Assembly (NCBI GenBank): GCA_007125155.1
Contig: SLDR01000010.1
Coordinates: 24,490-88,489, forward strand
Reading direction: 5' to 3'
Length of the DNA stretch: 64,000 bases
Origin: Candidatus Campbellbacteria bacterium
GTDB lineage: Bacteria > Patescibacteriota > Minisyncoccia > Phycocordibacterales > CSBR16-193
Position 1 is the first letter of the stretch; each line of letters begins with the position of its first letter. Shown piece by piece: positions 1 to 10,042 of the stretch. Made by a program: the position numbers and the translations under genes. The notes under the pieces are model-generated. The model saw only the letters and a list, made by a program, of their open reading frames with translations, was not told where the DNA came from and made no database searches.

Positions 1-386
1 AAAAAAAGCTTATTTTCGCCCCAGATCCCTCTAAGTTCTTCCGCCTTCTCCTTTACACCCTTGTACATGATCAGCCGTCTTTCCAGGTCTTCTATACCTT
101 GCTCTTCCTCTTCGGTTAGGTCAAGAGAAGGAAGAAGGGATCTTGATTTTATAAGTATCAAGGTGGAGGCGACGAATATGAAGTGGGCGCTTTCTCGCAG
201 AGGAAATCGACCTTGCTTTTGTATATACGCTATAAAATCATCAGCCACCTGAGACAGGGCGATGTCATTTATAAAGAGCTTTCTTTTTTCTATCAGATCG
301 AGAAGAACGTCAAATGGACCGCTAAAGATCTCGGTTTTTACGTTGTAGACCTTGGTCCCACTGACTGTTTCTCGATCTACGCCCAT
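1..386 (-). CDS. scpA: Segregation/condensation protein ScpA, N-terminal part (gene continues past window start)
   Basis: Reverse-strand translation from ATG at 386..384 gives MGVDRETVSGTKVYNVKTEIFSGPFDVLLDLIEKRKLFINDIALSQVADDFIAYI..., which matches the ScpA N-terminus (FxGPLDLLLxLIxKxKLDIxDIPI). An in-frame stop lies immediately upstream of this ATG. Missing from the ORF track because the frame stays open to the window edge. Confidence 0.6.
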   Translation of the reverse strand, partial: MGVDRETVSGTKVYNVKTEIFSGPFDVLLDLIEKRKLFINDIALSQVADDFIAYIQKQGRFPLRESAHFIFVASTLILIKSRSLLPSLDLTEEEEQGIEDLERRLIMYKGVKEKAEELRGIWGENKLF

Positions 387-486
387 TTTTTAAATATAGC
401 GCGAAAGATACCTTTATTCAATGTTTTCTACTTTTTCTGTCATTTTTGTTCGCCGTTGACTCGGTAGAGATAGATCTTGTGGATAA

Positions 487-519
487 TTGAATTTGCAAAT
501 TATCTATGCGTTGTATAAT
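487..519 (+). promoter_or_regulatory. Sigma70-like promoter (TTGCAA -35 at 493..498, TATAAT at 514..519, TG just upstream)
   Basis: Near-consensus -35 and perfect -10 hexamers in an intergenic region. The 15-nt spacer is short. No CDS follows on the + strand before the convergent terminators at 781..850. Confidence 0.4.
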
Positions 520-812
520 TCTAAGTAGGGACCTTTGAGAAGCGAATCGCAAAAACGATTCAGTTGTTTAAAATGACCTAAAGCTGTTCGGAAAAGATGT
601 GATTACCTACGGGGAAAGCCGGACATACCGAGGATTCGATATATCTTCTAAAGCGCGCGGAAGATGAAGGTTACTACCTACGGGGAAAGCCGTCGGAAAC
701 AAAGATGTCATTTCCGAAAGTGGACACTCAAGGGTGTTCGGTTTATCTTAAATAACAAACTTTTCAAGGTCCTGAACAAAAGCCCCGCCGAGCGGGTCTT
801 TTGTTTTTAAAA
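520..812 (+). ncRNA. Candidate small non-coding RNA of unknown family, about 290 nt
   Basis: Bounded by the promoter at 487..519 and a hairpin plus T-tract at 781..812. Contains a 30-nt direct repeat (AAGATGnnnTTACCTACGGGGAAAGCCG at 594..622 and 661..692) and a local hairpin GAATCGCAAAAACGATTC at 543..560. No ORF of 60 aa or more with an RBS. Confidence 0.3.
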
Positions 813-850
813 CAAAAGACCCGTCTATTTTTTAAAGACGGGTCTTAAAA
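781..850. terminator. Convergent rho-independent terminators
   Basis: Hairpin CCCGC-CGA-GCGGG followed by TCTTTTGTTTTT on the + strand. An 11-bp hairpin AAGACCCGTCT/AGACGGGTCTT at 808..838 has a T-tract on the minus strand and serves the minus gene ending at 857. Confidence 0.55.
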
Positions 851-856
851 TGTGGA

Positions 857-1075
857 TCATAGTCCGATCTTGCTTTTGCTCAGCACCCTGAGAAGTGGGG
901 ACGAGACTTTCACATGTCTGGTTTTGACATGATCTAAAACCGTGATCGACTTGACCTTCAGACATATGTCAGGTCCGTGATCGATCTTTTCCAGATCAAC
1001 TACTCCCTCGATCGCGACGTCCTTAAAGTCTGTTTTTCCCCTGTTCGCCTCCTTGATGAAAACTTCAGCTTCCAT
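857..1075 (-). CDS. Hypothetical small protein (72 aa)
   Basis: ORF with GGAGGT RBS 6-8 nt upstream of the ATG (reverse complement of 1079..1089), and a terminator immediately downstream. No recognisable family. Confidence 0.5.
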   Translation of the reverse strand: MEAEVFIKEANRGKTDFKDVAIEGVVDLEKIDHGPDICLKVKSITVLDHVKTRHVKVSSPLLRVLSKSKIGL

Positions 1076-1302
1076 TATTACCTCCCATGAGTATTACTTT
1101 TTTATAAAGAACTTTATTGACGACTCGAAACATTAAAGCATGAAATAATAAATAAGTAAATAGCTTGAAAACATAGCGATCCGGGTCTTTTAGGGCCGAC
1201 TCCTTAAGGGCGATCGGATTGACAAATCGGCATCTATGATAAAGAATTCCAAAAGGTCTTGGAACAACAAACAACATTGATCTTTAAAAGGAGGTTTTTG
1301 AG

Positions 1303-1878
1303 GTGACAAAAAAAATGAGAGAACAGGATCTACTCGAAAGGCAGGTTGGACTTTTGAACATGTGCAAAGCAAACAGGGACCATGAAAGAAGGTCTTATGA
1401 AAAGGTATTAAGATCAGCCGATTCTCCCATTGAGTGCTTCTACGTGGCGTGTTCTTCATTCTGCGATCTTGATCTTAAGTGGCGAGCACTTGCGAAAGCG
1501 GAAAAAATGTTGGCCTATGAACTCGGTTCAAGAAAGGTCGCAGCTGAAGTAATGACGAGTTCATACATATCATTGATAGAGCAAGAGTTCAAGCGCATGC
1601 TTTTTTTTGAAAAGAGGATCCAAGAACTTGATGATATGCTTATTTCGGCAAAGTCTTTCGAAGAATGTTTGAGTGTATTCCTCAGATCCTTATTCGTTTT
1701 CGATAAATTCAAGAATCTCGAAATGGGGATGGCTTGTAGGGATCTGAGTATAAGAGCTCTTGGAAAAGCGAAAACTCATGTATTGAACAAAAAGCAAAGA
1801 CACCATCTCCGGGACTGTTTCAGATACTTTCGATATTTGACCGATGAGAATGCCGATGAAGCTGAAGTTTCTGAATAA
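1303..1878 (+). CDS. Hypothetical protein (191 aa, predicted all-alpha)
   Basis: AAAGGAGG RBS at about 1283..1290. Followed by a strong terminator. No recognisable motifs. Confidence 0.55.
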   Translation: MTKKMREQDLLERQVGLLNMCKANRDHERRSYEKVLRSADSPIECFYVACSSFCDLDLKWRALAKAEKMLAYELGSRKVAAEVMTSSYISLIEQEFKRMLFFEKRIQELDDMLISAKSFEECLSVFLRSLFVFDKFKNLEMGMACRDLSIRALGKAKTHVLNKKQRHHLRDCFRYFRYLTDENADEAEVSE

Positions 1879-1892
1879 TGATGTTCATTTCA

Positions 1893-1928
1893 ACCACCCG
1901 AATGTAAAAATTCGGGTGGTTTTTATTT
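1893..1928 (+). terminator. Rho-independent terminator
   Basis: CCACCCGAAT/ATTCGGGTGG 10-bp stem with GTAAAA loop, followed by TTTTTATTT. Confidence 0.7.
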
Positions 1929-1937
1929 GCCGTCGTC

Positions 1938-2954
1938 TTAAGAGAATCCCAAAAGGGCGGATATGAATATGACATAGAATAATACGTAAAAAGCCCCTTC
2001 CCACGAATTTATGTTCTTTGAGATGCCGGATAGCACAAAAAGGAATGTCGCTATCGCCAAAAAAGGCAGTCCGACCGAATATGTCTGATCATCAAGTTCG
2101 ACTCTGAAGAAAAGAGCCGGCAGGCCAACAACAACCATCATATTGAATGCGTTCGATCCAAAAATGTTACCTAGGGCCACATCAAAGCGTTTCATTAGCG
2201 CCGCCTTGATCGATACCAGAAGTTCAGGTAAAGAAGTTCCTATGGCAACGGCGGTTATGGTGATGGCCCCTACCCCCATCCCGAGGATCACAGACAGTGA
2301 TATGACCGAATCTACCAAATACTTGGAGCTAATTCCAAGTATGGCAACACCGATGACGAACATCATCATGTCATTGATCTTCAAACTCGGTCTTTCTACC
2401 GGTCTATTCTTATGACATTCCTTCATCGACAGATGGCTTGTGTGGTCTCTCCTGTCGGCCCTGGAGGGCAGTTTTTCGACTTCTTTGTTATTATTCTTGT
2501 CCCCGTCCTTGAAGGCGTAAAGGATGTATATTACATATACCAGGAGCATTATTATCGCTTCAAAAAAGGTTATTATGCCGTCCCAGGCAACTGCAAGAAA
2601 TATCGCGGTGCCGATGGCCAAAAGAGGAAGCTCGGTATTAATAAGACTTTTGGTAGCCACTAAACGTCCCGCCACCACGGCCGAGAATCCAACAACCAAA
2701 AGGATATTGGCCAGATTCGATCCAACGGCGTTCGCCGGCGCGAATTCTGTCAGACCCTTATAAGCCGCAAAGAACGAAGCGATCAATTCAGGGAATGAGG
2801 TTCCCAGACTTACTATGAGAACACCTACAATGAAGGGTGATAGGCCGATGGCTAAACCGATCTTCTCAGACCCCTTAAGAAGCCAGTCCGCGCCCTTGAC
2901 CAGTCCCAAGATCGAGATGAGAAAAATGATAGTCCATATAATAAGGGATTCCAT
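1938..2954 (-). CDS. Na+/Ca2+ exchanger, CaCA family (YrbG-like)
   Basis: Ten-TM protein with the two alpha-repeat signatures GTSFPEL and GTSLPEL that are typical of CaCA antiporters. Confidence 0.85.
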   Translation of the reverse strand: MESLIIWTIIFLISILGLVKGADWLLKGSEKIGLAIGLSPFIVGVLIVSLGTSFPELIASFFAAYKGLTEFAPANAVGSNLANILLVVGFSAVVAGRLVATKSLINTELPLLAIGTAIFLAVAWDGIITFFEAIIMLLVYVIYILYAFKDGDKNNNKEVEKLPSRADRRDHTSHLSMKECHKNRPVERPSLKINDMMMFVIGVAILGISSKYLVDSVISLSVILGMGVGAITITAVAIGTSLPELLVSIKAALMKRFDVALGNIFGSNAFNMMVVVGLPALFFRVELDDQTYSVGLPFLAIATFLFVLSGISKNINSWEGAFYVLFYVIFISALLGFS

Positions 2955-2966
2955 CTGTTCATTTTT

Positions 2967-4367
2967 TTACCCTTTCTTTTTCCTTTCGGTTTTTAGACCA
3001 AGTTCATTAAGTTGACCTTCCTCTATCTCCGACGGGATGTCCATCATAAGGTCCCTACCCTCTCCGGTCTTTGGAAAAGCTATCACTTCGCGGATACTTG
3101 ATTCTCCTTGAAGGACGGCAAGCAATCTATCCATTCCAACCGCTATCCCTCCGTGGGGAGGAACTCCGTAGCTGAAGGCGTCAAGCAAATGTGAGAATTC
3201 TTCTTGTTGCTTTTTGGAAAAACCGATCAGATCAAAAACGGTCTTTTGTACATCAGCTTCGTGAATACGAATGCTTCCACCGGCGATCTCAAATCCGTTA
3301 AGAGTAAGGTCAACTTGTTCGGAGATCACATCCTCCGGAGCGTCGGAAAGTTTTTTCAGGTCTTCTTTCCTTGGCGCTGTGAACATGTGGTGTTCAGGCA
3401 TCAAGTATCCAAGCTCACTTTTTTCTTTTTCAAAAAGCGGAAAGTCAACCACCCATGCGAAGCCGAGCTCGTTCGGATCATCGGGGTTTTTTCTTATATC
3501 AGGGCGATCGGAACCGTATTTCTCCATGATATCTTTGTGGTTCAAACGAGGCCAAGGGGTCTCGGTCATGTGTTTATTCGGGAAGAGTTCGGTTATCATC
3601 TTGGTGAACATCTCTTCCACGAGAGCCATTACATCCTCTCTGTCAATGAATGAGCATTCGATGTCAAGTTGAGTGAATTCCGGCTGTCGATCTCCTCTGG
3701 TGTCTTCATCCCTCATACAACGTGCGATCTGGAAGTACCTTTCAAATCCACCTATCATCAGAAGTTGTTTATACTGCTGAGGAGATTGAGGAAGTGCGTA
3801 GAATGACCCCCTGTAAATCCTTGAAGGTACGACATAGTCACGTGCCCCTTCAGGGGTCGAACGGGTCAAGATGGGTGTCTCTATTTCAATGAAGTCCTTT
3901 TTTATAAGAAAGTTCCTTGTAAAGTTGTTCACGGAAGATCTTGTTCTGATATTATCTTGAATGCGTTTCCTTCTGATATCCAGGTACCTGTATTTCATTC
4001 TTATCTCCTCATTTACCTCGTAGCCGTCCGTTGAAAGATCGAATGGCGGTGTGTCTGATTCGGAAATGATCTCCAATGAGGTCAGTTCCATTTCGATGTT
4101 ACCCAACGGTTCATCGGGATTGATCATTTTGTCCGGTCTGCTTTTGACTTCCCCTTCAGCGGACACTATCCACTCTGGGCGGACTTGATCGGCAAGGGAG
4201 TGAACGTTCTCAGGCTTAGGCAAGACCACAACCTGAACTTTTCCTGTCTCGTCCCTGATGTCCAAAAAGATAAGCTTTCCGTGGTCACGACGTATATCTA
4301 TCCTTCCCAGAAGTTTGACGGTGTCACCGATCTTTTCTTTTAGGTTCTTTATCTTGGTTCGTTTCAT
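2967..4367 (-). CDS. aspS: Aspartate--tRNA ligase, short form without GAD insertion
   Basis: Class II motifs: [35 protein letters not shown] (matches E. coli AspRS motif 2), and a C-terminal [10 protein letters not shown] motif 3. Length 466 aa. 4-nt overlap with pepA. Confidence 0.9.
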   Translation of the reverse strand: [466 protein letters not shown]

Positions 4368-5791
4368 GTTCCTTTTTTAATGTTATTTAAATAGTCCAGG
4401 AGAAGGATGATCGGGGCCCCCAATGATCCCTTAGCCAGATTATCGTGTTCTCCGGCTTCCATTCTCGGAGCAATGTCGATATGAGCCCATGAATCAGTAT
4501 ATTCCGTGAACTCTTTCAGGAAAGCGGCCGCACTACAGGCTCCGCCGTTCGGAGATTTTCTACTTGCGTTCACAAGGTCGGTGAATTCCCCTTTCATATC
4601 TTTACCGTATTCGTAACTCATCGGCATATGCCAAACTCTCTCGCCGGTCCTTTCTCCGGATCTTAAGAGCGCGTTCTTGAGGTCTTCGTTATCGGAGAAT
4701 AACGCGGAATATTTATCTCCCAAAGATACGACAGAGGCCCCGGTCAAGGTGGCTGTATCAATTACTGTCTTTGGCTTGAATCTCTTTAAATAATTTAATG
4801 CATCGGCCAATACAAGCCGTCCTTCGGCATCGGTATTTATCACTTCTACAGTTTTTCCGGACATCATGGTAAGTATATCTCCCGGCTTGTAGCTTGAGCC
4901 GGAAACAACATTTTCCACTGCGGGTATTACGGCCACGATATTGAGCTTCATTTTAAGTCTGGCTGCCGCTATGACGGTATGTATGACCGCGCCTCCTCCG
5001 CTCATATCCATATGCATTCCCAAGGAAGCTCCACCCGGTTTTAAGTTTATTCCTCCGGTATCGAAGGTTATACCTTTACCCGCCAGAGCAATGGGTTGCT
5101 CGTCGCTCTTTGTTCCGTTGTATTTCATAACTATCAGGTAAGGTCCATCATCAGAGCCTCTGCCAACACCCAATATTCCCTCCATTTTCAGGGAGGATAT
5201 CTTTTTTTTATCCAGTATCGTTACTTTGACTCCCGTATCTTTGGCTGCTTTTTTCACTTCTTTTACCAAGAAACTCGGTGAAAGCTCGGTCCCCGGGGTG
5301 TTGCACAAAAAACGCGCTTTGTTAATTTCTTCTCCCGCGATCACGCCCTTTTCGATACCGGCCCTGAAGTCTTTTGAGATATCCCCGAAGATCGTTAAAA
5401 AACTTATTCGTTTTTCCCTAGAATTCTTGTCGCTCTTTCGGTGATCAAAAGAAAAATCAGCCATAAGCGCATTGACTGCGAACAGAAAACCCGCATGTTG
5501 ATCATTGATATCCATCACACTGACGGAATGTTTTATGTCGTCGTATGATATGCCAATGTCCGTGACATGCGATTCCTTCGCCATCCTGAGCGCGCGGCGT
5601 AGCGTGTAGACGTATCTTTGAAGATCAAGATCCTTATTGGCCGGTATCTCAATGTTTAATTCCACTCTACCGTCCTCATACTCCTTAAGCCCGGTTTTGT
5701 TCTTTTCACTGAATATCAGCCTGACTATTCGCCGGGGAGCATTAGAGATCTGTTTTTTAGTGAATCTAATTTTCATACTTTTACTTATCAC
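4364..5791 (-). CDS. pepA: Leucyl aminopeptidase, M17 family
   Basis: NTDAEGRLVLADAL signature and a catalytic-domain pattern typical of the M17 family. The start codon choice among N-terminal Mets is uncertain. Confidence 0.9.
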   Translation of the reverse strand: MISKSMKIRFTKKQISNAPRRIVRLIFSEKNKTGLKEYEDGRVELNIEIPANKDLDLQRYVYTLRRALRMAKESHVTDIGISYDDIKHSVSVMDINDQHAGFLFAVNALMADFSFDHRKSDKNSREKRISFLTIFGDISKDFRAGIEKGVIAGEEINKARFLCNTPGTELSPSFLVKEVKKAAKDTGVKVTILDKKKISSLKMEGILGVGRGSDDGPYLIVMKYNGTKSDEQPIALAGKGITFDTGGINLKPGGASLGMHMDMSGGGAVIHTVIAAARLKMKLNIVAVIPAVENVVSGSSYKPGDILTMMSGKTVEVINTDAEGRLVLADALNYLKRFKPKTVIDTATLTGASVVSLGDKYSALFSDNEDLKNALLRSGERTGERVWHMPMSYEYGKDMKGEFTDLVNASRKSPNGGACSAAAFLKEFTEYTDSWAHIDIAPRMEAGEHDNLAKGSLGAPIILLLDYLNNIKKGT

Positions 5792-6777
5792 TCGGAAAAA
5801 AGTATTCCCATCGAACTTCTTACTTCCTTAATGGTCGATCTCGCTCTCTGCCCCGCTTTCCGGGCACCCTCACTCAATATCCTCTCGACCTCCTCGGGCT
5901 TCTTTTCATACTTTTGTCGTCTTTCCCTGAATGGTTGGGTATAAGCGCTCAGTTTTTCGGAGAGGAGGTCCTTGCTTTCCTTGTATCCAATTCCGCCTTT
6001 AATGTATCTCTCTTTTAATGAAGTTGTCTCTTTATGCGAGGCCACCAGAGAGTATAGCTTAAAGACGGAACAACTATCAGGGTCTTTGGGTTCGTCGACA
6101 CCCTTTGAATCCGTTGGGATCTTCATTACCGCTTGATTTATATCTTCCGGCTCTGCGAACAGAGATATCGTGTTACCGTAGCTTTTACTCATTTTTCTGC
6201 CGTCGGTACCCGGAATGGTGCCGACGGGCCCGAGTATGATCCCTTCCGGGACAGGAAAGACCTCTTTATAGGTTGAATTGAATTTTTCAGCCACATCTCG
6301 GGCATATTCTATATGCTGGCGTTGGTCCTCGCCGACCGGAACGAATTGCGCTTTGTGTATCAGTATATCGGCGGCCATTAGTATTGGGTAATCAAAGGTT
6401 CCGGCGTTCACTTCCTCCTTTTTGGACTGAGCGTCCTTATAAGCATGTGCCCTCATAAGGTAGGAGACATTGATGATACAGTTGAAATACCAGCAGAGCT
6501 CAGTCACTTCCGGTATATCGGATTGTTTATAAAAACATATTTTATCAGGGTCGATACCGGCACCAAGGCAATCGAGTGCCAGAGAGCGAGTGTTATCAAG
6601 AAATAAAGAAGCATCCTTAACGCTCGTCATTGCATGTAGGTCGGCAATAAAAAAAGTGCAGTGGTACTTATCTTTAAGTTCTATAACCTGCCTTATTGAG
6701 CCTAAGAAATTACCAAGATGCAAGTTTCCGGTGGGTTTCATTCCTGATACGAGTATCGGTTTAGTGTTCTTTTTCAT
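5788..6777 (-). CDS. trpS: Tryptophan--tRNA ligase
   Basis: Class I HIGH-type motif (TGNLHLGN) and KMSKS. The 329-aa length fits TrpRS. Confidence 0.9.
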   Translation of the reverse strand: MKKNTKPILVSGMKPTGNLHLGNFLGSIRQVIELKDKYHCTFFIADLHAMTSVKDASLFLDNTRSLALDCLGAGIDPDKICFYKQSDIPEVTELCWYFNCIINVSYLMRAHAYKDAQSKKEEVNAGTFDYPILMAADILIHKAQFVPVGEDQRQHIEYARDVAEKFNSTYKEVFPVPEGIILGPVGTIPGTDGRKMSKSYGNTISLFAEPEDINQAVMKIPTDSKGVDEPKDPDSCSVFKLYSLVASHKETTSLKERYIKGGIGYKESKDLLSEKLSAYTQPFRERRQKYEKKPEEVERILSEGARKAGQRARSTIKEVRSSMGILFSE

Positions 6778-6822
6778 GACTTGAATTTTTTTATTTCATA
6801 CTATCATAAAAGAAAAAAAAAC

Positions 6823-6852
6823 CGAATATCTCGGTTTTTTTTATGAATTGAT
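6823..6852. terminator. Bidirectional rho-independent terminator
   Basis: ACCGA-ATATC-TCGGT hairpin flanked by an A9 tract and a T8 tract, lying between dnaJ and trpS. Confidence 0.6.
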
Positions 6853-6899
6853 CTTTGGGTTTTATTGTCTTAGGCGAACATTGATATCCGCCCATCTAC

Positions 6900-7979
6900 T
6901 CATATCCCTTCATTTTTCAACTCCTCGATCGTCTTTCTTGCTCGTCTTGAGATCTTCTTCGGCATTGTTATTTTTATCGTAACCAACAGATCACCTCGTC
7001 CCGATCTGGAACCGGGAACCCCTTTTCCGCGAACTCTCAGGACCTCGTTGAACCCAATTCCGGCCGGGATCTTAATGTCAATCCTTCCGTCAAGGGTTTC
7101 GATGGTGTATGTGGATCCAAGAAGCGCATCGGAGAGCTTTATGTTCAGATCCATTCTGAGATCGTCTTTATCTCTCTGGAAGATCGGATGCTTTTTGACG
7201 TGAACTTTGGCGTAAAGGTCTCCTGTTACACCTCCGGGCACCGCTTCTCCCATTCCCGAAAGTCTTATCATCTCTCCGTCTTCGACACCGGCGGGTACGT
7301 TGATGTTTATCTCTTCCTCTTTCCTGTAAACACCTGTTCCTTGGCACTGCTTACACTTGACTTTCGGAACCTTACCTTTCCCGAAACAGACCCCGCAAAC
7401 TTTTTCTGTAGTGATCGTACCTAACAGCGACCGTCTTGATTCTCTGATCTTACCGCGACCGTTGCAAGTTGGACAGGTTACCGTGTCGCTTTCCTTCTCC
7501 GCCCCACTTCCTCCGCAAAGGTCACATGTCGAATTCTTTTGGATAAGTATTGAACGATTTGTTCCAAATATGGATTCCTCGAATGAAAGTTCTATATCTA
7601 TCGCAATATCCCTACCGCGTGAGGTCTGATCCCTTTTTCTTCCGAAGAAATCCCCGAATATATCTCCAATGTCGAAATCATCGAATCCCTGGGCCTCTTT
7701 GAATCCGCCAAATCCGGAAAAATCAAAACCCTCAAAACCGGATGCGTATTGATCGGCATTATTTCCCCCTCCGGAGAAAACTCGGCCATATGTATCATAC
7801 TCGGAACGTTTTTGGTCATTGGACAGGATCTGATAAGCCTCATTTATCTCTTTGAATTTTTCCTCGTCTCCGGATTTTTTATCAGGGTGGTATTTATGAG
7901 CAAGCTTTCGAAAGGCTTTCTTTATATCATCCTTGTTGGCACTTTTGTTGATCCCTAAAATTTGATAGTAATCCTTCAT
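6900..7979 (-). CDS. dnaJ: Chaperone DnaJ
   Basis: J-domain with HPD (KYHPDK), a G/F-rich linker, and four CxxCxGxG zinc-finger repeats. Confidence 0.95.
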   Translation of the reverse strand: MKDYYQILGINKSANKDDIKKAFRKLAHKYHPDKKSGDEEKFKEINEAYQILSNDQKRSEYDTYGRVFSGGGNNADQYASGFEGFDFSGFGGFKEAQGFDDFDIGDIFGDFFGRKRDQTSRGRDIAIDIELSFEESIFGTNRSILIQKNSTCDLCGGSGAEKESDTVTCPTCNGRGKIRESRRSLLGTITTEKVCGVCFGKGKVPKVKCKQCQGTGVYRKEEEININVPAGVEDGEMIRLSGMGEAVPGGVTGDLYAKVHVKKHPIFQRDKDDLRMDLNIKLSDALLGSTYTIETLDGRIDIKIPAGIGFNEVLRVRGKGVPGSRSGRGDLLVTIKITMPKKISRRARKTIEELKNEGI

Positions 7980-8051
7980 AAGTTCACAGTATATACTTCT
8001 TCAGCCCGCCATTCAACTTAAGCTTGATCGTGGCAGATCCGGATCAATTTA

Positions 8052-10001
8052 TTACTTTTTGTTCTCGCTGTCTTCATTGTCGTCCTCTTTCTTTTCTTCA
8101 TAAGTGGCGTCTCTTACCGTTTCATCTTTTTTGTTATCTTCATCCCCCGGCGCACCTTGCGTCTCAGGCTGATCCGTACTTTTATCACTTCCACTTTGTT
8201 CATATTGCCCCAGTTTTGAAGATTCTTCGGTCAAAGATCGGGTCGCGGATTGAATACCCGAAAGATCCTCGGATGTCTTTATTTTGTTCAGTTCGTCTAT
8301 TTTTTCCTTTACCTTTTTTTTGACATCCTCAGGTATGTTGTCCCCTTTATCAGTGATCATTTTTTCCGCCTGATAGATCGCCTGGTCCGCCGTGTTACGA
8401 GTTTCAGCCAACTGCTTCTTTATTTCATCCTCCTTTTTATGTTCTTCCGCTTCTTTTCTCATCTTTTCTATCTCATCATCGCTGAGTCCCGTGCTGGCCT
8501 CTATCCTTATGGATTGGGCTTTGTCCGTCTTCTTGTCCTTGGCCGTTACATTCAGGATACCGTCTTTGTTGATGTCGAAGATAACTTCTATCTGAGGGAT
8601 ACCGCGTGGAGCCGGTTCTATACCGTCGAGTATGAATCTTCCAAGACTTTTATTGTCGGCCGCCATCGGTCTTTCGCCTTGCAATACGTTAATTTCAACC
8701 GAAGTCTGTCCGTCAACGGCGGTTGAGAATGTCTGTGATTGGGATGCGGGTATTGCGGTGTTCCTCTCTATCAGTTTAGTGGCAACTCCCCCCATTGTTT
8801 CAATTCCCAAGGACAGGGGTATAACATCGAGAAGTAGTACATCTTTGACCTCTCCCGAAAGAACCCCCGCCTGAATGGCCGCTCCGAGTGCGACGACCTC
8901 GTCGGGATTGATACTCTTGTTTGCCTCTTTGCCGAAATATTCCTTTACTCTTTCTTGTATTTTAGGCATCCTTGTTTGTCCTCCGACCAGTATGATCTCA
9001 TCTATCTCGTTCACTGAGAAAGGAGATGCCGCGATGGCCCTTTCGGTTATCTCCATGGCTCGGTCGATATACTCCTGCGCCAAGTTCTCGAGTGTTGCTC
9101 TTGTAAGTGTTATCAGGAGATGTTTGGGCCCTTCTTCATCGGAAGTAATAAAAGGAATGTTTATCTCCGTTTCAGTGGTGGTGGAGAGTTCATGTTTGGC
9201 CTTTTCTGCGGCTTCGTCAAGCCTTTGGAGCGCCAGTGCATCACCACGCACGTCAATGCCTGATTCTTTCTTGTACTCGTCAGCTATCCAGTTGATTATT
9301 TTTTGATCGATATCTCTCCCGCCCATATGGCTGTCGCCGTCTGTTGATTTCACTTCCACCGTTGACTCATCGTCATCATCTCCCACCTCCAGGACAGAGA
9401 TGTCGAATGTTCCCCCGCCGAAATCAAAAACCACCAATTTTTCGTTCTTCTTTTTGTTGAATCCATATGCCAGCGCAGCGGCAGTCGGTTCGTTTATGAT
9501 GCGCTTTACATCAAGTCCGGCGATCTTACCTGCGGCTTTGGTGGCTTTACGTTGGTCGTCATTGAAGTAGGCGGGAACCGTTATCACCGCTTCGCTTATT
9601 GTTTCTTTGAGTTTACTCTCCGCGTCACTTTTGAGTTTTTGCAGTATCATGCTGGATAATTCTTCGGTCCTGTACCACTTATCACCCATTTTGATCTCCA
9701 CTCCTCCTTTTTCAGATTTTCTCATCTCGAAGGAAACGTTCTCTTTGTCTCTTTGTACCGCCTCATCTTCGAAGTTGTGCCCAACAAGTCTCTTCATTCC
9801 GTAAACCGTGTTTTGAGGATTTGTTACAGCCTGCCTTTTTGCCAGAAGCCCGACAAGCCGGTCTCCTTTTTTAGATATGGCCACTATGGAAGGTGTTGTT
9901 CTGTTGCCTTCCGAGTTCTCGATTATACGGGGCTCGTTACCTTCCATTATTGCCACCGCAGAGTTTGTAGTACCAAGATCTATTCCAATTATTTTTCCCA
10001 T
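8052..10001 (-). CDS. dnaK: Chaperone DnaK (Hsp70)
   Basis: [18 protein letters not shown] and the typical Hsp70 architecture, with an acidic C-terminal tail. Confidence 0.97.
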   Translation of the reverse strand: MGKIIGIDLGTTNSAVAIMEGNEPRIIENSEGNRTTPSIVAISKKGDRLVGLLAKRQAVTNPQNTVYGMKRLVGHNFEDEAVQRDKENVSFEMRKSEKGGVEIKMGDKWYRTEELSSMILQKLKSDAESKLKETISEAVITVPAYFNDDQRKATKAAGKIAGLDVKRIINEPTAAALAYGFNKKKNEKLVVFDFGGGTFDISVLEVGDDDDESTVEVKSTDGDSHMGGRDIDQKIINWIADEYKKESGIDVRGDALALQRLDEAAEKAKHELSTTTETEINIPFITSDEEGPKHLLITLTRATLENLAQEYIDRAMEITERAIAASPFSVNEIDEIILVGGQTRMPKIQERVKEYFGKEANKSINPDEVVALGAAIQAGVLSGEVKDVLLLDVIPLSLGIETMGGVATKLIERNTAIPASQSQTFSTAVDGQTSVEINVLQGERPMAADNKSLGRFILDGIEPAPRGIPQIEVIFDINKDGILNVTAKDKKTDKAQSIRIEASTGLSDDEIEKMRKEAEEHKKEDEIKKQLAETRNTADQAIYQAEKMITDKGDNIPEDVKKKVKEKIDELNKIKTSEDLSGIQSATRSLTEESSKLGQYEQSGSDKSTDQPETQGAPGDEDNKKDETVRDATYEEKKEDDNEDSENKK

Positions 10002-10042
10002 ATTATTATATTAATGTTTTAATTATATGAATAAAAATATGA

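Noticed and set aside
594-692. Possible CRISPR-like repeat (two copies of an about 20-30-nt direct repeat)
   Set aside because: Only two copies, separated by 66 nt, with no further repeats, no leader and no cas genes. More consistent with internal repeats of an sRNA.
520-812. RNase P RNA assignment for the candidate sRNA (GGGGAAAGCCGG resembles GGAAAGUCCGG)
   Set aside because: The motif occurs twice. The other universally conserved RNase P blocks (GGUAAGAGCGCACC, ACAGAAnCCGGCUUA) are not visible, and the length is short. Left as unknown family.
1065-1459. Minus-strand ORFs 1065..1277 and 1190..1459
   Set aside because: They overlap the well-supported 857..1075 gene and the + strand gene at 1303..1878. 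No RBS, and the translations look non-protein-like.
8250-9306. Plus-strand ORFs inside dnaK (8250..8726, 8392..8595, 8632..8874, 8875..9306), and similar antisense ORFs inside aspS, pepA, leuS, alaS and others
   Set aside because: Shadow ORFs on the strand opposite strongly supported genes. Low-complexity Ser/Leu/Phe-rich translations with no RBS.
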